A DNA stretch of 64,000 nucleotides from Meyerozyma guilliermondii (GCA_051546255.1 CP128820.1:806001-870000); one strand, 5' to 3'. Counted from the stretch's first letter, positions 30,483-41,941 are shown. The notes: a model not told the origin generated them from the letters alone. Made by a program: numbers and translations.

Positions 30483-31556
30483 ATGCGCAAGGGCCCAAGA
30501 ACAGTGGTTTATAACATTTCCCTGGACTTCAGAATTTCCGAGGTCTTGGGCGAAGGAGCTTATGGCACCGTGTGCCTTGCAGTGCATTCACCGTCGGGAA
30601 CCAAAGTTGCGATAAAAAAACTTGAACCTTTCACTAGACCTCTTCTCTGCATTCGAGCATTGCGGGAAATCAAGATTCTTCGTGGATTAAGGGGACATGA
30701 GAATATTGTGACCATGTTTGATCTCCAGAGACCTTCCAACTTCGGACTGTTCCATGAGGTGTACATCATAGAAGAGTACATGCAAAGTGACTTAAACAAG
30801 GTGATTCGTACCCAGAGCCTCTCTTATGACCACATTCAGTACTTCACCTACCAGATATTACGAGGACTCAAGTACATTCACAGTGCTGGAATTATTCATA
30901 GAGACCTCAAGCCAGCCAACTTATTGGTGAACAGCAATTGCGATCTCAAGATTTGTGATTTTGGACTTTCCACCAATGCTTTTGATGGTTTCGAAGATCC
31001 TAAAAGGACGTCACCCTTGACTGAGTACGTAGCTACCAGGTGGTACCGGGCACCTGAAATTATGTTCTCTGCGTCGCGATACTCCACTGCGGTGGATATG
31101 TGGTCAGTGGGGTGTATCATGGCAGAGATGTTCTTGAGATCTCCATTGTTCCCTGGATCGGACTATAGGTCTCAAATATCAACGATATTTAGTGTTTTGG
31201 GTACGCCCAGTGAACAAGACCAAAGATTGACAATGTCAAAACGGGCTAGAATGTATATTAAGACATTGCCCAAAAGCTCGTATATCCTCGATACTTTTAT
31301 GTCAGGTTCCTCAGCAGTGATCGATGTCCAGAGCCTTGATTTGATAGAGGGACTTTTAACCTACAATCCTTCGAAACGGTTGACTGTCAACGATTCTTTG
31401 GAACACATATTCGTTCGAAGATACCATGACTCTACAGACGAACCGGAAGCCAATTCTGTGGAATTGGGACTCAACAAGCACCAAGTGGACTACGACACTG
31501 CTGACATTGCAACGTTGAAAAAAGAATTATATGACTTGATTAAAAAACTGCACTAG
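30483..31556 (+). CDS. Fus3/Kss1/Cek-type MAP kinase (TEY), possibly CEK2
   Basis: GEGAYG, VAIKK, HRDLKP, DFG, TEYVATRWYRAPE and the CD motif YHDSTDEP. Confidence 0.88.
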   Translation: MRKGPRTVVYNISLDFRISEVLGEGAYGTVCLAVHSPSGTKVAIKKLEPFTRPLLCIRALREIKILRGLRGHENIVTMFDLQRPSNFGLFHEVYIIEEYMQSDLNKVIRTQSLSYDHIQYFTYQILRGLKYIHSAGIIHRDLKPANLLVNSNCDLKICDFGLSTNAFDGFEDPKRTSPLTEYVATRWYRAPEIMFSASRYSTAVDMWSVGCIMAEMFLRSPLFPGSDYRSQISTIFSVLGTPSEQDQRLTMSKRARMYIKTLPKSSYILDTFMSGSSAVIDVQSLDLIEGLLTYNPSKRLTVNDSLEHIFVRRYHDSTDEPEANSVELGLNKHQVDYDTADIATLKKELYDLIKKLH

Positions 31557-33103
31557 TATAAGTAACGGAAATCTGGAGCAATCTTGCTGCCGTCGTTGCC
31601 ATGACCCAACTCATGCTCCCATTTCATTGTTCCTGCTTCGATTCTCTTGTTCAAGGCAAGAAGGCGGATTCTCAAAATGGTGGCAGTAGCAATAGCTAGC
31701 AATAAGAATACAATGTTGCACACAAAAGCTACCAAGTATCTTGGACCTCCACTAGATGGATAAAGGTATGCATTCCAAATGGATGTTGAGTTCGACAAAC
31801 AGTTCATCAATGCAAGAGCAATAGCTCTCTTTAAAGGCGGTCTTGGAACACAATTGGACATCCATGACAAAATCGTGGTGAACGAACAGTACAAAGAAGG
31901 AATCATGACACACATGGCAAAGTATCTTGCTCCAACGTTGAGCGTCGAAACAGCAATGATAAAAGAAACCATAGCAATGAACAACGGAGTAACAACATGC
32001 CAGTATCTCTCGCCTGTTTTATCGGCATGTCTAGCCCAAAGATATGTTGCAACCACAGCTAACATGTAAGGAGGAACGGTTAAACCCAAGGTAGTCACCC
32101 TGTTGAAATTCAATGTCTGAACCACCGAGGGAAAGAAGTTGGTCACACCACAAGCAGCCACAAGGAAAGACAAAGTACCAGTTACGCCCCATACTTTGAT
32201 ATCTTTGATTGCCAAAATAAATGCACCAAGATAACTTTCGTCGGTTTCCTTATCGGAATCGTCTTGTCCAACTTCTCTTCTCAACTTCCACATTATCAAG
32301 TCCTTTTCCTCCTGACTTAACCACTTTGTGTTGGAAGGCATGTCAGGTAAAACGAAGTAGGCAAGTGGAACAATGGCTACCGTAATGGCACCTTCAATTA
32401 TGAACAACCATCTCCAGCTTTTCAATCCCCTAACATTGTTCATTCTATCGATGATACCCGTGGCTATCAACCCTGACAATGCTCCTGAGAAAAGAGAACC
32501 AGAGTACAAAATTGCATTCCTCAATGACAATTCTTTCCTGGTGTACCAGCATGATAAGTAGTAAAGAGCACACCCGAAAAAACCAGCTTCAATGAAACCC
32601 AAGCAAAATCTTATGGCAAACAAACCACCAAAGCTTTGAACGGCACCGGTGCAAGTACTTATTATACCCCAAATAGTCATGATACAAGTAATGAAAAGTG
32701 AAGGTCTAGCCATCTTGTTCAAAAGCATATTGGCAGGAATTTGCATCAAGATGTATCCAACGAACAAAATGGAAACGCAGGTTTGATATTGAGCACCTTT
32801 CAAACCAAGATCCTCCTCCAAGTACCCAAGTCTTGCCGACGCAATGTTATTTCTGTCCAAGTAGTTCAAAATATAAATAAGAACCAACATAGGCAAGAGA
32901 CGAAGGTCAATCTTCCTCTTTGTCTTTTTTTCGAAGGCTGCAAATTCCTCCTCCGACATATGTTGGAGCGATTCTGGAAGTTCCAAATTTCTCTCCAATT
33001 CCACATTTTCAACCGTGGCAACCCTTTTCACTTCTTCTTCTTCAAGATCTTCCACATAGGAGGTGTCAATTTTATCTGCCTTGTCTTTTGAATTAGCACT
33101 CAT
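31553..33103 (-). CDS. MFS anion:cation symporter (Tna1/Dal5 family) organic-acid transporter
   Basis: KIDLRLLP, LNYLDRNNIASA, WYTRKEL, WRWLFIIEG and C-terminal FRYLY. Start is at aaaATG 33103. Confidence 0.9.
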   Translation of the reverse strand: MSANSKDKADKIDTSYVEDLEEEEVKRVATVENVELERNLELPESLQHMSEEEFAAFEKKTKRKIDLRLLPMLVLIYILNYLDRNNIASARLGYLEEDLGLKGAQYQTCVSILFVGYILMQIPANMLLNKMARPSLFITCIMTIWGIISTCTGAVQSFGGLFAIRFCLGFIEAGFFGCALYYLSCWYTRKELSLRNAILYSGSLFSGALSGLIATGIIDRMNNVRGLKSWRWLFIIEGAITVAIVPLAYFVLPDMPSNTKWLSQEEKDLIMWKLRREVGQDDSDKETDESYLGAFILAIKDIKVWGVTGTLSFLVAACGVTNFFPSVVQTLNFNRVTTLGLTVPPYMLAVVATYLWARHADKTGERYWHVVTPLFIAMVSFIIAVSTLNVGARYFAMCVMIPSLYCSFTTILSWMSNCVPRPPLKRAIALALMNCLSNSTSIWNAYLYPSSGGPRYLVAFVCNIVFLLLAIATATILRIRLLALNKRIEAGTMKWEHELGHGNDGSKIAPDFRYLY

Positions 33104-33226
33104 TTTGATTTTGATGTAACAAAAAGAAGGTCTCAGCCAGCTGAGATGTAATTGAAAAGGAAGCAAAATTGGGCATCATGCGGTTTTTATATACATGGAA
33201 CAGTCCGCCGATTGTCGGAGCCAGAT

Positions 33227-33430
33227 CGTGGGGGCTACCATTACAATAAAATACGGCAAACCCTGGAATGTAGCGTAAACGCCGCACGTCAAGCCGCACT
33301 CCCCCACTCTTAAAGTGCCAAGCTGCGGGGCATTCGCGTGTATTTCTGCGGGGGGCGCCCCGAGCAAGTCAAATTACTGCACAGAAACGCTGCACGAAAG
33401 GGTAGTAATGAAATTGATCCCCCACGTCTG
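33227..33430. promoter_or_regulatory. Cluster of Mig1-like GC boxes upstream of the Tna1/Dal5-family transporter
   Basis: CGTGGGGG (33227), CCCCCAC (33301), GCGGGG twice and CCCCCACG (33419). A TATA box lies at about 33185-33193 on the minus strand. Confidence 0.55.
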
Positions 33431-33996
33431 CATGTATATTGAATAAAAAGTTTGGCGTCCGTCGATCGGAGTTCCTATAGTTCATCCCAACATAATATTG
33501 CTTTTCTAATAAATTCGAGTGATAGTTGAGAGCGTGTTGTGTACTTGTTATGTCTAGCTTTTGAAGTTGTTTGCAAAATTTCAATTAGTTGCAAAAGTCT
33601 CTGAATTCATCATTGGTACCTAAATTGCTCTTTCAGTGGCTCACAATTTTAATCGCATTTTCACCTTCAAACCATCTCTCGCAGTTAGTCGTTCGCACTT
33701 TAAATCTAGACTAAAACTCGTGACTCCACCAGGATAATGACAGGCTCCAGATAAGACCCCAGATGTGAAATGCAATTGACCGGCACCGAAACTGCATATA
33801 AATCAGAATCGATCTTTTTACCTGCATACGCGCACACAGAAATCCAGAAATTTTGACCAAGACTTCTGCATACGTTCCATGGTACATGCAGGAGAGCCAT
33901 AGTGGTGCGAGTCTGTGGCAATCTTGGTTGATAACGCTTATACATATTATAGTTCTTTAAACCGCATTTCGTACTTACAAGTTTGTAACTGTGATT

Positions 33997-36900
33997 ATGG
34001 CACATTTGACTCGCGCACAGTCCAAGAGTGAAAAGTCCAGCAGCCAAGATGAACCAGATATTGATGATATTCGAGACAATTTGACAGATTCTTACGAATC
34101 GGCGGATCTGCATCTTGGGGATGAAAGTATTGAAGAAGATGACTCGCTCATAAGACTCTCTGAGCAGGCCAGGAGAAGACAATATTTTGCACATGGCGAT
34201 CATTATACTGAAAACTCCAATACGGATGGAAGCGAAGTCGAGATCGAGGAAGAAGACGAATCAAATGATGTAGAAGAAGACCAGGAAGAAGATGAAGATG
34301 TTGAGACTATCGATAGAGATGATGATGACTTTGATGACCATGAAATGGAAGGAGAGGGTGACGACAATTTTGTTGCCAACGATTTCCTTCGCAACCTTCT
34401 TCAAGCTCGATTTAGAGGTCGAACTGGAGATGACAGCAGCGAAAACCCCCGCCTTGATTTTTTTCGGGCGATGGAAGCATTCACAGGTCCTGGTAGACGT
34501 CGTACAGGAAATACGGCCACAGGCACCAACACTGAACGTGATGTCGACGAAGGCGAACATGAAGAAGGAGAGGAAGAAGAGGATGAACTGCATGACTTTG
34601 CAGAAGTTGTACTGAGACTCATGGGCGGTGGTATTGCATTTGGTGGTATGGGAAGAGAGAGTAATGAGTTCTTAGGACTCATAGAAAATCTTAATCAGCG
34701 TGACGACACTTATGTCATCTTGGAAACACTCAACGAACTCTCGGAGAGACTTTTGATGATGAATGGTTTAACAGCAGAACGTATGGTACCTGCCAGTAAG
34801 CTTGCTAAGAGCTTGGTAACGATTATGAGTGATCCGCTTCTTGCAGAAGAGCTAGAATTACAGCTCGTAGCATGCCGTTGTTTGTACAACTTTTTGGAGG
34901 TTAATCAAGATTTCGTCCACGAAGCGTTGAAGTACGATGCAATTCCTGTAATATGCTCAAAGTTGGTGGAGATTACTTACATTGACCTCACGGAACAAGC
35001 CTTGCAAACTCTCGAAATGATATCTCGAGATCCCATAGCTCACAACAAAATTGTTTCTAGTGGAGGTATCCAAGCATGCCTTCAGTACTTGGATTTTTTC
35101 ACAACACATGCCCAGAGAAAGAGTCTTACTATTGTTTCTAACGTCTGCACTAACGTCTCGTTCAAAAACTTCAGCAACATACAAGATAGCTTTGAAATCT
35201 TGACTAATGTGATAACGAATCACTCTGACGCAATAGTCATTGAGCATTGCTGGTTAGCAATATCACGCATCATTCTCAGCTTCAAGTTGCGACCTGAAGC
35301 ATTAGAAACATTATTTCTGAAGCAACCTGTACTTCTTAGACAGATGGTTCAGATAATTCAACAAAGTTCAAGTAAGTCGTCCACTACTTCCACGGATGAA
35401 AGCTCGAAAGTATCCTTAAAGTACGGCACTTGTTTAACCTTGATTAAGTCGCTCATCATTCTCGCCAGTGTTTCACTTGAGGTTTCGAAGATTTTACTTT
35501 GCGATTGTTCTATTGGTCAAGTAATTGTGAAGTCTTTGACCGAAGCCCCCAAAGCACGTCAAATGTCATTCTCGTCTAATGGACGACCTACTATAGATAC
35601 GACATCTGATGCTGACATGACGAACAGCTCTCTTCCACTTGACATGTTGATGTCCGCTCCCAAAGAATTACTCTCAGAGTTCTTGGACTTGATAGGATAT
35701 CTCACTCCCATATCATACTCACTTGCAGAATCAGCATTCATATCGGACTATACTGAGGACTTTGATGAGAGAAAACAACTCAATGACGCGAGAGTCTCGC
35801 TTTACTCGAACGTTATCAAGGATGAAGTGCTAACATTCATCAACCAATTGTGGCCGCTTGTCTTGAATGCGTTTCAGGCTGAAGTTGACTATGAAATAAG
35901 GAAGAAGGTCCTTATCATAATTTACAGAATTGTCTGTTTCTTATCCGTTGATGACATGCGAGATACAGTCAACCCTAAGCTGCTCGCAGTTTTGTTGGCA
36001 TCCATCACGAACCAGAATAATCGACTTCTCAGCTTAAAGAATTCCATTGAGCCTCAAGATACAGAATCGTCTGCGTCTTCATCTCCGCACAAGTCGTCCA
36101 CTAACTTCAGTGCTACCGCGAATAATAAGAGCACCACTTCAAATTACCAATTGTTGCATGCAACTTTCTTGATAGCTAAGAGACTAGTTGATGGCGCGGA
36201 TATGCGATATTTAAAAGAATTTGAAAGAGAGGGCATTATGTCAGAAACACAGTCCATACTACTGATCTTAAAGCAACAGACCAGCTCCTCTGAGCTGGAA
36301 GCTGTAGTATTGTCCAAGCCATCGATAGCCACCGACTATACAAACAAGTTTATTGATCGCGAGCTACTGAAAGAATACAGCCCACGTCCTTTAAAGCAGG
36401 TGCTTGAGAGTGTTTTACAAACCGGAGTCGCTTTCGAGGACTCATTCTTGAGATCTAAGAGAGCCACTTTCAGCGAAATCAAACAAGTGGAAAGTGGTCT
36501 TTTGTCAGACGTTAAAAGAAACATTCAAACATTGAAAAGTACCCCACGATCTTCGCTTGAGGATTGGCATCATCTCTGGAAGCAAGTGGAACTACTTTGT
36601 ATTGGAAGCGAATACCAACCATCCATTTCAAGCTTCGAATTAGCGTCATCCGGCTTGATAGAGGAATTTATGTGTCTTTTAAATACAGACAACGAATCTG
36701 AATATTCTGCGAAATGTCAGGAGGCATTTCTAATGATTTTTCATGGCGCAGATGCCGCTATTAGAACCTTAGTCCTGAAGCTTCAAGATTCGTTGAACAG
36801 ATCGGAATCATTCGAATTGAATACCCCTAGCGTGGCCTCGACTTACCGTACGATAGGATTTGGGGCAGACAATAAGTTCACCTCTGCTATGTCACGTCAA

Positions 36901-38880
36901 ATAAAACTAAAAATATCAGCTGTGGACGGAGATATCGCTAACGAGGAAGTATTGCACCACTTGAACAACATGGTCATATCTGTTCACGCGATAGCGACCT
37001 TTCGATCGATCGCAAATTTTCTTGATCTGCGGTTTCATTTCATCATGAATAAACCGGAGTCTATCGATGATGAGCATGCTGAAGAAGAGCACCTGAAAGC
37101 AGAACAATCACAAAAACGTAGCATTGAGTTCATTGTGGACAATGAGGTCGTTCCGATGGAGATGACGATATATGGAGCTATCTACATATCCTTTCAAAAG
37201 TTTCCCGACCAAGTAATCGATTCGAGTAATATTTGGTCAACTTTGCATAACATACAATTCCGAATTGTCCAGCGTGAAATTGAGGAGAACTCATCTTCCA
37301 TCCTACAAATAATTCATGACAATTGCAAAGAAAGCAGCTTTGATTGTGGTGTTACATCGAACATATTGAGCACCTTGAAGTCGCTTTTTAATATCAATCA
37401 ACTTGCAATGGATTCAAAGACATGCAATTCAATTCCCGTGGAGGAATTCGTTAACTGGAAGCTCACTGCAAAGGTGAACCGTCAACTTGAGGAGCCTTTA
37501 GTTGTTGCAAGTGGAACACTTCCAGGCTGGTGCGTTCAGTCAGTCAAGAGATTTTCCTTTCTATTCCCTCTAGAGACCAGGTTATTCTTCCTACAATCGA
37601 CATCCTTTGGATACTCACGATTAATCCATCTTTGGCAAGAAAAAATCGAGCGCAATATTGAAGACAATAATTCCAACAGCTCGGGCACTCGGCTTCAACT
37701 TGGACATCCGTCTCGTCACAAAGTCCGAATTTCTCGTAAGCTGATCTTGCATAGCGCCATTAAAGTTCTCAACATGTATGGAGCAACGCCTGGTATATTG
37801 GAAATTGAATACTTTGGTGAGGTGGGTTCTGGAATGGGCCCCACTCTTGAGTTTTATGCTTCAGTGTCAAACGAGTTCTCAAGGAAAAAATTGAAGATGT
37901 GGAGGGATGATTCGCCAAGCGATGCGGAGAATGAATACATTACTAATTCAGAGGGCTTGTTCCCAGCGCCCATGAGCTCAGAGCAGCTAAACAATGCAAA
38001 CGGTCGCAAAGTTCTCTACCTATTTGGAATGTTAGGAAAGTTTGTCGCCCGAGCATTATTGGATTCCAGAATCGTGGACTTCAACTTCAACCCTTTTTTC
38101 TGGCAAATGATTCAAGCTAAAATTGAGAGGAAAGCAATGAAGTATAGCGAGGCACACCTCAAGATGGTGGACGCTAGACTTGCAAGTTCTGTTGACCATC
38201 TCAAACATTACCTACGCTCCAAGGGAGACTCGCAAGAGGAGATAGCGTTTGATGGATGTACGATTAGTGATCTTTCATTGACTTTTTCTTTACCAGGCTA
38301 TCCTGATTACGATTTGATACCAAATGGTGCCAACATTGCAGTGGATCAGTCCAACTTAGAAGAGTATATTTCGAGACTCATTGAGGCTACCCTTCATGAA
38401 GGCGTACAGCATCAGCTTGAAGCTTTCATGGAGGGATTTTCGAGTGTGTTTCCCATCGACGCTTTGACGGTTTTTCAACCCTACGAAATTGTTGAACTTC
38501 TTGGTAGCGCCGATGAAGATTGGTCTCTTCAAACTTTGCGTGGTGCTACTAAAGCAAACCATGGATACACTAAAGATTCAAATGCGATTGAACAGCTACT
38601 CAATATCATGTCTACATTCAGTTCTGAGGAGAGACGTGCTTTCCTACAATTCATCACTGGCTCTCCGAAGTTGCCTATCGGTGGTTTCAAAGCATTGAAA
38701 CCGGAATTTACTGTCGTCCGCAAGATGCCTGAGGATAATTTTTCAAGTGATGACTATTTACCGAGTGTCATGACCTGTGCTAATTATCTTAAGCTTCCTG
38801 AGTATTCCTCAGAAGCTCTCATGAAGCGCCGATTACTTCAAGCGGTAAGCGAAGGTGCTGGTGAATTTCACTTATCATAA
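33997..38880 (+). CDS. UFD4: HECT E3 ubiquitin ligase Ufd4
   Basis: ARM region (YIDLTEQALQTLE), KLTAKVNRQLEEPL and a HECT domain (GPTLEFY, FITGSPKLP, LPSVMTCANYLKLP, FHLS*). Confidence 0.95.
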   Translation: MAHLTRAQSKSEKSSSQDEPDIDDIRDNLTDSYESADLHLGDESIEEDDSLIRLSEQARRRQYFAHGDHYTENSNTDGSEVEIEEEDESNDVEEDQEEDEDVETIDRDDDDFDDHEMEGEGDDNFVANDFLRNLLQARFRGRTGDDSSENPRLDFFRAMEAFTGPGRRRTGNTATGTNTERDVDEGEHEEGEEEEDELHDFAEVVLRLMGGGIAFGGMGRESNEFLGLIENLNQRDDTYVILETLNELSERLLMMNGLTAERMVPASKLAKSLVTIMSDPLLAEELELQLVACRCLYNFLEVNQDFVHEALKYDAIPVICSKLVEITYIDLTEQALQTLEMISRDPIAHNKIVSSGGIQACLQYLDFFTTHAQRKSLTIVSNVCTNVSFKNFSNIQDSFEILTNVITNHSDAIVIEHCWLAISRIILSFKLRPEALETLFLKQPVLLRQMVQIIQQSSSKSSTTSTDESSKVSLKYGTCLTLIKSLIILASVSLEVSKILLCDCSIGQVIVKSLTEAPKARQMSFSSNGRPTIDTTSDADMTNSSLPLDMLMSAPKELLSEFLDLIGYLTPISYSLAESAFISDYTEDFDERKQLNDARVSLYSNVIKDEVLTFINQLWPLVLNAFQAEVDYEIRKKVLIIIYRIVCFLSVDDMRDTVNPKLLAVLLASITNQNNRLLSLKNSIEPQDTESSASSSPHKSSTNFSATANNKSTTSNYQLLHATFLIAKRLVDGADMRYLKEFEREGIMSETQSILLILKQQTSSSELEAVVLSKPSIATDYTNKFIDRELLKEYSPRPLKQVLESVLQTGVAFEDSFLRSKRATFSEIKQVESGLLSDVKRNIQTLKSTPRSSLEDWHHLWKQVELLCIGSEYQPSISSFELASSGLIEEFMCLLNTDNESEYSAKCQEAFLMIFHGADAAIRTLVLKLQDSLNRSESFELNTPSVASTYRTIGFGADNKFTSAMSRQIKLKISAVDGDIANEEVLHHLNNMVISVHAIATFRSIANFLDLRFHFIMNKPESIDDEHAEEEHLKAEQSQKRSIEFIVDNEVVPMEMTIYGAIYISFQKFPDQVIDSSNIWSTLHNIQFRIVQREIEENSSSILQIIHDNCKESSFDCGVTSNILSTLKSLFNINQLAMDSKTCNSIPVEEFVNWKLTAKVNRQLEEPLVVASGTLPGWCVQSVKRFSFLFPLETRLFFLQSTSFGYSRLIHLWQEKIERNIEDNNSNSSGTRLQLGHPSRHKVRISRKLILHSAIKVLNMYGATPGILEIEYFGEVGSGMGPTLEFYASVSNEFSRKKLKMWRDDSPSDAENEYITNSEGLFPAPMSSEQLNNANGRKVLYLFGMLGKFVARALLDSRIVDFNFNPFFWQMIQAKIERKAMKYSEAHLKMVDARLASSVDHLKHYLRSKGDSQEEIAFDGCTISDLSLTFSLPGYPDYDLIPNGANIAVDQSNLEEYISRLIEATLHEGVQHQLEAFMEGFSSVFPIDALTVFQPYEIVELLGSADEDWSLQTLRGATKANHGYTKDSNAIEQLLNIMSTFSSEERRAFLQFITGSPKLPIGGFKALKPEFTVVRKMPEDNFSSDDYLPSVMTCANYLKLPEYSSEALMKRRLLQAVSEGAGEFHLS

Positions 38881-39049
38881 GGAATATGGCAAATGTGAAG
38901 AAGTTGACGCTTTATGCGGAACTAATAGATAGAATGTATTAATTTACCCATATACGACCATTAGCAAACCCTTCAGAGAGCAGTATGTCATAGTCCTGTA
39001 TACGTAATTGTACTCGTTTTTATCACGGATTAACGTAAATCGTACAAAT

Positions 39050-39841
39050 ATGGTTGTGAAATTGGGAGACATAGTTTCATCACTCGTGGAAACTGCTCCA
39101 CCGGTGGAGTTGAAGGAAGTGAGCAATGATTTGAACTCAATTTTAGAAGGAAATGCCAAACTGACCGTAATTGACTCGCTTGAAACTTTCGTCAACTCGA
39201 AAGGAGGTGTCTTTTCTGACAAATACATAGCTTCTATCTACAACAAGGTAGACCATTCGAGCAAATACGTTGATTATGTGAACAAGAAAGCATTTAATAT
39301 TGACGTGACATCATCGAAGGCAATCGACTTTGAAGACTTTGATCCCCAAATTTCTTACCCAGATTATTTTGACAGCCTTCAAGAAAAGTTATCGAAATAC
39401 GGCGAGGATCATTACCCTTCGAAGTATGCTTTCACAATCATACCGAAAGAGGAGGAAACACATATTATTCTTGTTGGTCAAAGGTTAAATCTGAGCAATT
39501 TTTACAGTGGCAGATGGTACTCACACTATGTAATTCATGACGACACGCTTTCGGAACTGGTTGAAATTGATATTCATTACTATGAGGAGGGAAACGTACG
39601 CTTGAACTTCAAGGATGAAAAGCAAGTCAAATTGACTCTGATTGACGCCAGCGCAATTGTGAATGCGATTGATAAGTTTGAAGATGACAAAACTAAACAG
39701 ATTGTGGAAAATTTCAATGAATTGAACCACAAGCAGTTCAAATCACTTAGAAGATTGCTCCCTGTTACAAGATCGAAAGTTAACTGGGGTAAAGCCATTG
39801 GAAATTATCGTTTGGGCTCCGATGTTGTTAACAACAAGTAA
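39050..39841 (+). CDS. CAP1: F-actin capping protein alpha subunit
   Basis: APPVELKEV, NFYSGRW, IHYYEEGNV and FKSLRRLLPVTRSKVNW. The symbol follows S. cerevisiae naming, not the Candida AP-1 factor. Confidence 0.94.
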   Translation: MVVKLGDIVSSLVETAPPVELKEVSNDLNSILEGNAKLTVIDSLETFVNSKGGVFSDKYIASIYNKVDHSSKYVDYVNKKAFNIDVTSSKAIDFEDFDPQISYPDYFDSLQEKLSKYGEDHYPSKYAFTIIPKEEETHIILVGQRLNLSNFYSGRWYSHYVIHDDTLSELVEIDIHYYEEGNVRLNFKDEKQVKLTLIDASAIVNAIDKFEDDKTKQIVENFNELNHKQFKSLRRLLPVTRSKVNWGKAIGNYRLGSDVVNNK

Positions 39842-39849
39842 GCTTTATA

Positions 39850-40134
39850 TCATAATAACTTGTATAAGGTCCAAATGACGACGAATGCAATGAGGATTGT
39901 AATAACCACTCTTGTGAGACTGGCGTTTCTTGTCATAACGTTTCTTAAGTCTCCACTGGTCCTTTTTACCAGTGTCATTAATTGACTGAAGTTGTCTCCA
40001 AGCATATCAATCATCAGGTTTTCCTGTTGAATAGAACCATGTATATCATTATCTACCGTATTACGAAATTGATGTAATGTTTGTGCAAGTTCATCAAATC
40101 GTTGGTTATTTTGTTGCTCTCTAGCCGAGTACAT
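39850..40134 (-). CDS. SFT1: Golgi Qc-SNARE Sft1
   Basis: 94 aa with a SNARE helix and a C-terminal TM. Convergent with CAP1, as in S. cerevisiae. Confidence 0.85.
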   Translation of the reverse strand: MYSAREQQNNQRFDELAQTLHQFRNTVDNDIHGSIQQENLMIDMLGDNFSQLMTLVKRTSGDLRNVMTRNASLTRVVITILIAFVVIWTLYKLL

Positions 40135-40243
40135 TGTTCTACTCTTGACTCCACTTCACGAAGGAACTATTTCTTGCGCGCCTTAAGATTTGAGATATAC
40201 GTGGAAAGTCCAATTCATTATTGAAATGCTAAAACTAAAATTT

Positions 40244-41749
40244 TTATATATTGTGAACCTCGGGAAATGACTCTATATTCAGAAGCTGACCCCTAGAAAT
40301 TCTTCTTGCATTACCAGAAGGATGAGGCAGAACGTATTGAGCCTGGGGATATACGTTACCATCATATGCAGGTCGCTGGTAAGTATTAGAAAACCTTGGG
40401 TCTGATTCGGCGTTTCCAAAGCCACTGCTCGTAGGCTGTTGCAGTAAACGTTCACTATACCTAGGGTCTTGAAGCTGTGGCGGACTATTTGGTTGTCCGG
40501 TCAGATGGGAAGGATATGGAGCCCGCTGATATGCATTAGACGGAACCTGTGATGCGGCTCGGACCTGTATCAGATTGTCCATAAGCTCGTTGTAGTAGGC
40601 AACGTTGGTTTTTAGCTGGTTATTCAAAGCAAGCAACTCTTCCTTTCGTATCGCATACTTGTCGATCACTTTCCCAAGAACTGGCCGCAATGGAATGACT
40701 GAGTTGTAAAGTTTGGTAATCTCATCTTCATCGAGCTCGTTATTACTCGAGGATAAATATGCTAAAAGTCTGTCCACGTTTCGCAAATCCGTAGTAAGTA
40801 AGGATCTTTCAGTGGCACTCTCTTCTTCCAACTGAGCTTGGGTCTTGGGGACAATTGGTGTGACGTAATTCAAAGGAAAGATTCCAGTCTTTCCATTCAG
40901 GAGAGAGCCACGCCACCAATCACGGTAAACGGATTCGATAACATTAATTATATCGCCCTTGCGAAATGATAACTCGTCCTCTTCGTAAGAGATCAAGTCA
41001 TATAATGCACGTACTTTGGTGATAGTAGAGGGGCCCTGAGTGGCAGTAGATTCGGATTCACCATGCACATTACTCTTTGGAGCAACATTCACTTCTTGCA
41101 GATTTTGCTGGCCTAGTTGCTCGCTAGGAGATGGAAGCGGCTTGTCATTGAGGTATGCTTTCTTGATTGTTTGTTCACGTTCGTACTCTTGCAACGATAG
41201 CTTCAATACCCGTTGAAGGTCATCTTCTTCCAGTTGCCGCTGTTGTTTAGTACGTTCTTGTTTCGCTGGTTTTACTGGCCCCGAACTCAGGGACGATTGA
41301 ACATATTGTGGGTAATCATGCTTTATCAGCTTATAGGCGTCTGATATGGGTCTCAATGACGGATCATCCTCAAACGAGTCCTTGAGCTGCTTAACAACCT
41401 CCACAATTCTCACCTTAACTGTTCTGTGGAGACGCTTATCGCCCAAGCGTTTGATTATAGATTCATTTAAAAATGACTTCGACGCAATCTCTTGCTTCAT
41501 ACGTGAACCACAATTTTCTGCAAGGGCAAGTAGCAACGAAAGTGTACGAAGTATCACATTAGCATCTTTTAAGGCAAGCCTAGCAGAAACCGATTTGATG
41601 GCGTCCTTGGTGGCGTCTTCGGGATTTGACAGTATGTTATCGCAAACATCTAAGATGTATTGCCAGTTATCAGAAGTTAACGTTTCATCCGTAGCCTTTT
41701 TAATCAAGTCATCTAAGTGCGTGTTCTGTTTCGGAGCACTGCTGAACAT
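40244..41749 (-). CDS. HSE1: ESCRT-0 subunit Hse1 (VHS-UIM-SH3)
   Basis: KATDETLTSDNWQYILDVCD, EEDDLQRVLKLSLQEY and VRALYDL...WWRG...GIFPLNYV. Likely start is MFSSAP at 41749. Confidence 0.94.
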   Translation of the reverse strand: MFSSAPKQNTHLDDLIKKATDETLTSDNWQYILDVCDNILSNPEDATKDAIKSVSARLALKDANVILRTLSLLLALAENCGSRMKQEIASKSFLNESIIKRLGDKRLHRTVKVRIVEVVKQLKDSFEDDPSLRPISDAYKLIKHDYPQYVQSSLSSGPVKPAKQERTKQQRQLEEDDLQRVLKLSLQEYEREQTIKKAYLNDKPLPSPSEQLGQQNLQEVNVAPKSNVHGESESTATQGPSTITKVRALYDLISYEEDELSFRKGDIINVIESVYRDWWRGSLLNGKTGIFPLNYVTPIVPKTQAQLEEESATERSLLTTDLRNVDRLLAYLSSSNNELDEDEITKLYNSVIPLRPVLGKVIDKYAIRKEELLALNNQLKTNVAYYNELMDNLIQVRAASQVPSNAYQRAPYPSHLTGQPNSPPQLQDPRYSERLLQQPTSSGFGNAESDPRFSNTYQRPAYDGNVYPQAQYVLPHPSGNARRISRGQLLNIESFPEVHNI

Positions 41750-41941
41750 AGTTAATTTCGGAAGATCTCCTGCGCATGCTCCCCTCGATTTCGGTATCAC
41801 AAATCCTGCAGACAGCCCATACCCCAGTAACGCTCTATACTGCATACATCGCGTCTCGATGCGTTAGCCGAAGCCCAATAGGGGTCTTTCCCAACCAACT
41901 GTATTTCGCGCGCCGGTTTTCAAACGTCTGCATTTTCAACA

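Noticed and set aside
33706..34203. 165-aa minus-strand ORF overlapping the UFD4 start
   Set aside because: Overlaps a well-supported gene and its promoter, and shows no motif.
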